From the NCBI GenBank assembly GCA_001873435.1, contig MNZB01000004.1, forward strand, positions 239,538 to 303,537: DNA of 64,000 nt, written 5' to 3'. The notes beneath the pieces are model-generated. The model saw nothing but the letters and a program-made list of their open reading frames with translations. It had not been told where the DNA came from and ran no database searches. This DNA is from Candidatus Pacebacteria bacterium CG2_30_36_39. Its GTDB lineage: Bacteria; Patescibacteriota; Microgenomatia; UBA1400; PJMF01. Below are positions 58,750-64,000 of this stretch, piece by piece; within the stretch, counting starts at the first letter, position 1, and the number at the start of each line of letters is the position of its first letter. The position numbers and the translations under genes were made by a program.

Positions 58750-59092
58750 GATCCTTCTTTTCTTCTTTTATTTGCTTTACTTTCCACATAAATAATCTTG
58801 CTTTATTCTTTGCATTTGCATCGCTAACAAAAGAAAGAGCTTGTTCCAAAATTCCCCTATTTTCCCTCTTTGCCAACCTCATATATAAGCTAGTTCTAGC
58901 CAAATCATCAAGCTCAACAGCCATCCTATAACCAAAATCCTGAAACTCTTGAGTTATGTAACCACCCTTGTCTTTAATTTTAAACTTATCAAATAAAGTT
59001 CCAACTGATTGAAAGCCGACTTTTCTATCAACAACAGTTTCTTTTTTTGGCACATCTTTTGGAGAAAGCTGAGAAAACAAATCATCGGTCAT
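58739..59092 (-). CDS. Hypothetical 117-aa protein.
   Basis: ORF only. Confidence 0.4.
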   Translation of the reverse strand: MTDDLFSQLSPKDVPKKETVVDRKVGFQSVGTLFDKFKIKDKGGYITQEFQDFGYRMAVELDDLARTSLYMRLAKRENRGILEQALSFVSDANAKNKARLFMWKVKQIKEEKKDHEK

Positions 59093-59111
59093 ACAGCTTT
59101 ATTCTACCAGG

Positions 59112-60347
59112 TTAATCTTCATGTTTTCTGCTGATCAATAAACTCATTAAAGTACCGATGGCAGCAATTACAAACATACCTTGCCATTCCAAATTGGTAA
59201 ATAAAAATACTCCAGCAAATATCGCCCAAAATATTAAAGATCCAAAACTAGCAATCATTTCTCTATAAGTGAAATATGAAAAAGCTTCTCTTCCCTTACC
59301 ACGATTCATCAAAATTCTATCGAAAAACAACCAATGAAAATTCCCAGTAATTTTATCTGCTGCATCAATTGCTGCTATTGACCAAAAATTAAAAATACTA
59401 GACCTAATTATCCAAAGAAAAGAAAGAATTCCACCAGAAATAATAAATGGTCTCTTCTTAATTTCATGATCTAACTGGATTCCAATAAACAAACTCATAA
59501 TCATTGATGCCAAAAAAGACAAACTATAAACAATTCCAACTTTTTCTGTATTACCCAAAATTAAAAACACATAAAGTGGCCAAATATACAAAGCATAGTC
59601 ATAAATAGACTTGCCTATAATCGAAACTCCTAATTTAAAAAAATGACCATCGCCCATCCAAAAAGCCAACTCTTTAAAAGAAATTGAGTCTTTTTCTTGA
59701 GGAAAATCAATAAAAAATGAAAGTAATGAACCAAAAGCCACCATTGCAACACCAATAGAAAATACTATTTCATAACCAAAGACATAAATTATAAAACCAC
59801 TCAACGCTGGAGCCACCAACCAAGTCATATTTAATAAAACTTGCAAGAAACCCAAATCTTTACCCATTCTAGATCTTCTCGCTCCCTTGGAAAGCAGGGT
59901 GTTAAAACCACCCCACATTAAACCAGTGGCAACTCCATCGGCTGGTAAAGCAAGCCACAACCACTGGGGATCTGCTGCTGAAAACCTTAAAGCAATTAAT
60001 TCAACAGCATAGGCTAAAAAAGACAACATAAATGCTGCTGAAAAACCATATTTTTTCATAAATTTTCCAGCAGGAATCAAGAAAAAAAATGTTACCAACT
60101 TAGCACTAGCCATAAAAACAGATAACAAAACAATTCCACTTTGAAAAGGAGTTAGCCCCCATCCTGATAAAAAACCATTTTCTTGACCAAGTTGAAAAAG
60201 AAAAACCGGGAGAAAAAATAAAGCAAATTTGTTTGCTAATTCACGAACAACTCTAATACCAAACAACAACTTCATGTTTTTGGAACCATCAATAGAAACA
60301 CGCGGAAAATTAAATAGATGGGAGTGATTAAAGTTGATGCTGGGCAT
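59112..60347 (-). CDS. MFS transporter. The start is probably the internal Met (MKLLFGIRV) near 60275.
   Basis: About 12 TM helices. Confidence 0.6.
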   Translation of the reverse strand: MPSINFNHSHLFNFPRVSIDGSKNMKLLFGIRVVRELANKFALFFLPVFLFQLGQENGFLSGWGLTPFQSGIVLLSVFMASAKLVTFFFLIPAGKFMKKYGFSAAFMLSFLAYAVELIALRFSAADPQWLWLALPADGVATGLMWGGFNTLLSKGARRSRMGKDLGFLQVLLNMTWLVAPALSGFIIYVFGYEIVFSIGVAMVAFGSLLSFFIDFPQEKDSISFKELAFWMGDGHFFKLGVSIIGKSIYDYALYIWPLYVFLILGNTEKVGIVYSLSFLASMIMSLFIGIQLDHEIKKRPFIISGGILSFLWIIRSSIFNFWSIAAIDAADKITGNFHWLFFDRILMNRGKGREAFSYFTYREMIASFGSLIFWAIFAGVFLFTNLEWQGMFVIAAIGTLMSLLISRKHED

Positions 60348-60349
60348 GG

Positions 60350-60874
60350 CTACCTTGTATATGGTAGCAATTTTTGCACTATTTGCGTAACCAAATCTTG
60401 CAAAGTCTTTTCTTCCTCAGGCTTAAAAGAGGCTAAAATATAATCTGCTCCTGGTATTGATCGATCTCCAGCTCTGTTATCCACTCCAACTCTAATATGC
60501 AAAAAATCCTGATTTCCTAGATGTTGATAAATGGAAAGCAGTCCATTGTGAACCTTGGGCCCAGTTCCTTGCTGAATTTTTACAGCTCCAAACTCTAAAT
60601 CCAAATCATCGTGAACTACAACCAAATCTTTTGCAGAATCAATATTAAAATAATCGCAAGCAGCTCTTACTGATCTACCAGAATCATTCATAAAGGTTTG
60701 TGGTTTTAATATCAAAATATCTTGAGATTTGGCAACATGGCCAAAAAGTTTTGGAGAAGTATTAAAACTTAAACCCAACTGATCAGCTAAAACTTCTACT
60801 ATTCTAAATCCAATATTATGTCTGGTTTTAATATATTTTTCACCAGGATTTCCTAACCCAACAATAAGTTTCAT
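60350..60874 (-). CDS. pth: Peptidyl-tRNA hydrolase.
   Basis: 'MKLIVGLGNPGEKYIKTRHNIGF' and 'HDDLDLEFGAVKI'. Confidence 0.9.
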   Translation of the reverse strand: MKLIVGLGNPGEKYIKTRHNIGFRIVEVLADQLGLSFNTSPKLFGHVAKSQDILILKPQTFMNDSGRSVRAACDYFNIDSAKDLVVVHDDLDLEFGAVKIQQGTGPKVHNGLLSIYQHLGNQDFLHIRVGVDNRAGDRSIPGADYILASFKPEEEKTLQDLVTQIVQKLLPYTR

Positions 60875-60945
60875 ACCATCAATTGTAGCAATCTGTTTTA
60901 CAATGTACGAACTAAAATAATAAAAAGGCTAATTACACTAAAAAT

Positions 60946-61806
60946 ATGTTAAGAAAACCATTTTTTTCTATTGTCACTCCCACACTCAATGAAGAAAAAT
61001 ACTTTCCTCTGCTCTTAGAAGATCTTTCAAAACAAACTTTTACCGATTTTGAAGTAATTCACATAGATGCCAATTCAGAGGATTTAACCATTAAAAAAGC
61101 TCAGGTTTGGAGAAGAAAAATTAATCTAAAAACTGAAAAAGTTAAAATTCGTAATGTTGCTTTTCAACGTAATTTAGGAGCCAAAAAAGCTAGAGGCCAA
61201 TGGGTAATCTTTATGGATGCTGACAATAGATTGCCAACGTATTTTTTACAAGGATTACGTTACAGAATTGATAAAAATCCAGAAATAGGAGTTTTTACTA
61301 CTTGGATTCAAGTAGAAAATGACGTGCCACTAAGCAAAACCATAGAAAATGCCATTAATCTTGGCTATGAAGCTTATTCTCTTGTAGGTAAAGATGGTGC
61401 CATGGGAGCTCTAATTGGTGCCAAAAAAGAAGTGGTAGAAAATGTCAAATTCAGAGAGAAAGCAAAAATATTTGAAGATTCATTTTTTGTCCAAGATGCT
61501 AATAAACTTGGATATAAATTTGAAATATTTAGAGATCCTAAATATTTTTTCTCCCTTCGTCGGTTAAAAAAAGAGGGTGGATTAAAAATGTTTAATATTA
61601 TCGCCAAAGCTCAAATTGATTACATTATCCTGGGCAAATCATTTGAAACCAATAATCACGGTTATGTCATGAAAGGCGGTGGTTATTATGATGAAGAAAA
61701 ACACTCCCCCTTAAAAAACCTACAAAAATTTATAGAAAAAGCCTCAAAAGAACAACTAGATAAAGCTAAAAAAATTCTTCGTGACTTACAAGAACAATTT
61801 GAATAA
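60946..61806 (+). CDS. GT2 glycosyltransferase.
   Basis: 'FSIVTPTLNEEKYFPLLLEDLSKQTFTDFEVIHIDANSED' and 'FMDADN'. Confidence 0.75.
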   Translation: MLRKPFFSIVTPTLNEEKYFPLLLEDLSKQTFTDFEVIHIDANSEDLTIKKAQVWRRKINLKTEKVKIRNVAFQRNLGAKKARGQWVIFMDADNRLPTYFLQGLRYRIDKNPEIGVFTTWIQVENDVPLSKTIENAINLGYEAYSLVGKDGAMGALIGAKKEVVENVKFREKAKIFEDSFFVQDANKLGYKFEIFRDPKYFFSLRRLKKEGGLKMFNIIAKAQIDYIILGKSFETNNHGYVMKGGGYYDEEKHSPLKNLQKFIEKASKEQLDKAKKILRDLQEQFE

Positions 61807-61807
61807 A

Positions 61808-63595
61808 TTAAACCAAGTGAGTTATTGTTTCTAATTCACTTTGTTGTGTTGCTTGAATAACATTTTTATCGTCTCTAAAACGAACTAATCTTGGAAATCT
61901 TAGTGCCTTGCCGGCGGAGTGGATTGGCGACTTAGTAATTTCATCAGCAGCAATTTCAACAATTAAAGATGGCTCTACCCAAACGTCTGGAACTAGATTT
62001 TTGTGTACCAAATATGCTTGAGGCTTATTTTTAACAATCAAAGAATCAGTTCTTTTTTTAAATTCACCAAATTGAACATCTGTTAAACCAGTGCCAACTT
62101 TGGCTACTGTTAAAATTTCACCGTTATCAGCTACAACCCCAACAAGAAAAGCCCCCAAACCAAAATCTACCCGCTTGCCTTTACCCTTGTAATAACCCAT
62201 TACAACACAATCCAACGTATCATTAAGCTTTCCTTGAGATCCTTCTTCTTCTTTAATTTTGACCCAACGCCAACCCTTACGACCACTTTTGTATAAAGAG
62301 TCTTGTTTTTTCATCACAGCGCCCTCTAGTCCTTGGACCAACTGCTCTTCATGAAATTCTTTTAATTCTTGAGGGTCTGAGGTAATAATATATGGAGTAG
62401 GAATAAAAATTTCTGCCCCATTGGTAATCTGACGTAATAAGTCTTTTCGATAATTTAGAGGTTCATCCAAGAGTGATCTTCCATCTTTTTCTAAAACATC
62501 AAAAACATAAAAATGAGCTGGAATTTCAGCGGCTTTTTCATCAACCCCATGTTTTCTTCTTCTAGTAGAAGTCTCCTGAAAAGGAAGAATTTCTCCAGTA
62601 ACTTTATCTATTCCAACAATTTCTCCATCTAAAATGCAACTTTTACAATTTAGTTCAGAAAGAGCTCTTTTTAATTCTGGAAACATATGAGATGTTTCCT
62701 CAAGATTTCTTGTAAAAGATCTTACTAATTTAGTTTCTTTATCGACATGAATTTGAATACGCAAACCATCATATTTTGGTTCAGCAATAACAGTTTGCAT
62801 TTTTTCGATAATTTCGTGAGTAGAGTTTAAACGCTGACAAAGAGCTGGAATAACCGGAATTCCTAAGCTTGCTTGATATTTTGCCATTAGTTCATCGTTG
62901 GATTTTGTTCCTTTTAAATACATCTGTGCCAAAATTCCCAAGTCGGCTTTGCGTTGAAATAGTTCTTCCAAAAAAGAAGCATCACTCTTATCACCTCTTT
63001 TTACCCAAGATAAAGCATCTATTATTGTCATTGTTGAAAAACCCAAACGAAGTTTTCCAATAACCATTCTTGCGATGAAACGAGCCGACAAAGCATCAAC
63101 TTGCTGCATTAATTTTAATAATTGAGAAACTTTTCTATCCTGAGATCCAGCTCCCCCCTCTAAAGCAATTTTTTTCAAAGCCTCAAAGGTTTCCAATAAA
63201 CTAAGCTTAATTTCTCTTTGGGTATTGGTGTTGGCAAATACTTGCTGAGTTGTTTCACCTATATCACCTGTTTTTTTATAAATTTCATCTACTTTTTTTT
63301 CATATAAACCATCGTCTGCCTCTGAAAACAAATTGCTGACTGGCAAACCATCTCCAAATTTTTCGGGGTTCTGTACCATTTGCTGGACTAAAACGCGTAA
63401 TACCATTTTTGATGATAGCTGAAATTCTAAAGATAAATATTCTGGGGTTAATCTGCCAAGTAATAAATAAATACTAAGGGGAATTTCTTCAAAATTTAAT
63501 TGATTAAATAATCGAGCCAACTGCTCAGTCATTTCCAAACGAGATGGAGTTTTTTCTAGTTTTTGCAAATATAAAGAAAAGTCAGTAATCAACAT
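61808..63595 (-). CDS. ATP-dependent DNA ligase (Lig1/archaeal-eukaryal type, with an N-terminal DNA-binding domain).
   Basis: 'AEPKYDGLRIQIHV' is motif I KxDG. Adenylation and OB domains are present, 595 aa. No Ku/LigD polymerase or nuclease domains. Confidence 0.85.
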   Translation of the reverse strand: MLITDFSLYLQKLEKTPSRLEMTEQLARLFNQLNFEEIPLSIYLLLGRLTPEYLSLEFQLSSKMVLRVLVQQMVQNPEKFGDGLPVSNLFSEADDGLYEKKVDEIYKKTGDIGETTQQVFANTNTQREIKLSLLETFEALKKIALEGGAGSQDRKVSQLLKLMQQVDALSARFIARMVIGKLRLGFSTMTIIDALSWVKRGDKSDASFLEELFQRKADLGILAQMYLKGTKSNDELMAKYQASLGIPVIPALCQRLNSTHEIIEKMQTVIAEPKYDGLRIQIHVDKETKLVRSFTRNLEETSHMFPELKRALSELNCKSCILDGEIVGIDKVTGEILPFQETSTRRRKHGVDEKAAEIPAHFYVFDVLEKDGRSLLDEPLNYRKDLLRQITNGAEIFIPTPYIITSDPQELKEFHEEQLVQGLEGAVMKKQDSLYKSGRKGWRWVKIKEEEGSQGKLNDTLDCVVMGYYKGKGKRVDFGLGAFLVGVVADNGEILTVAKVGTGLTDVQFGEFKKRTDSLIVKNKPQAYLVHKNLVPDVWVEPSLIVEIAADEITKSPIHSAGKALRFPRLVRFRDDKNVIQATQQSELETITHLV

Positions 63596-63631
63596 AATTC
63601 CCTTTCACTGCTCTACTCTAACAGAAAAAAC

Positions 63632-64000
63632 TTAAACCAAGGAGTAACGTACGCCCTTGGTTACACCCTCTTTTTTAATTACTCCCTTTTTGATCAAATC
63701 TCTTACATCACGTAAAATTGTATCGATAGAAATATCTGGTAGAACCTCTTGAGCATCATCAGAGGTTATCTCTCCCTGATTTTGTAATAACTCTAGCAAA
63801 ATAATTTGACGCTCAGACAATGCAACCTGTTTACCAAGTTCTTTCTTAAGCTTAAGATCTTTTGAAAGTTTCTGAACCTGTCTCTTAACCTTATCTATTT
63901 CAACAGCCAATCCATAGCAAAAATATTCCATCCAATAGGTCATGTCTGCATCAGCTTGTTGCTGAACAGACAATAAAGCTTTGTAATATTGTTCTACATC
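63632..64000 (-). CDS. C-terminal winged-helix domain of a larger protein (partial; N-terminus lies beyond the window end).
   Basis: The frame stays open past 64000. The C-terminus is '...ITSDDAQEVLPDISIDTILRDVRDLIKKGVIKKEGVTKGVRYSLV', a wHTH as found at the C-terminus of Fic/AAA-type regulators. Confidence 0.4.
   Translation of the reverse strand, partial: DVEQYYKALLSVQQQADADMTYWMEYFCYGLAVEIDKVKRQVQKLSKDLKLKKELGKQVALSERQIILLELLQNQGEITSDDAQEVLPDISIDTILRDVRDLIKKGVIKKEGVTKGVRYSLV

Overview
This 64-kb window is AT-rich (visually ~30-35% GC), tightly packed and mostly coding. It looks like a small-genome, monoderm-type bacterium, and the Patescibacteria/CPR-like impression is an inference from gene content, not a database result. 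The content, in order, is: (i) 1-4.6 kb, minus strand: murJ followed by type-IV-pilus inner-membrane genes pilN and pilO, a small TM gene, and a secreted Fn3-like protein that runs off the window edge. (ii) 4.6-11.2 kb: rpsT with a histone-H1-like K/A-rich tail, lepA, a SurA-N-like chaperone, a bPH-domain membrane protein, and two secreted proteins. (iii) 11.2-14.7 kb, minus strand: a 5S-23S-tRNA-Ala(UGC) rRNA unit with no 16S or tRNA-Ile attached. (iv) 14.8-17.1 kb: two unknown genes and rpsA. (v) 17.2-43.4 kb: a ~26-kb glycan-biosynthesis island. It contains an initiating phosphoglycosyl transferase, an 863-aa Wzy_C-family protein, GDP-mannose 3,5-epimerase, a carbamoyltransferase with an unlisted 47-aa partner, SGNH hydrolases, GT26/GT4/GT2/GT-B/GT-C-like transferases, a Wzy-like polymerase, methyltransferases, a PLP decarboxylase, a B12-radical-SAM enzyme and a Wzm/Wzt-type ABC exporter. 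An IMPDH-family/HAD/nucleoside-hydrolase operon is embedded in it. (vi) 43.5-46.4 kb: three paralogous Cys-rich secreted proteins. Two end in an LPxTG-like module with a C-terminal hydrophobic segment. Two of them, plus the 8.7-kb protein, share a 26-nt-identical 'INQDLRQQA' element directly after the N-terminal TM helix. (vii) A tRNA with anticodon UAU (Ile-type), a MacAB-like efflux trio, isopentenyl phosphate kinase, MFS transporters, an orphan type-IV-coupling-protein-like ATPase with an acidic partner, DUF192, lgt, a GH3 hydrolase, pth, a GT2, an ATP-dependent DNA ligase and a partial wHTH gene. No CRISPR array, IS element or recognisable restriction-modification/toxin-antitoxin system was seen. 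The most unusual signals are the shared N-terminal motif plus LPxTG module family sitting next to the decorated-glycan island, the tRNA(UAU), and the nucleotide-to-ribose operon.
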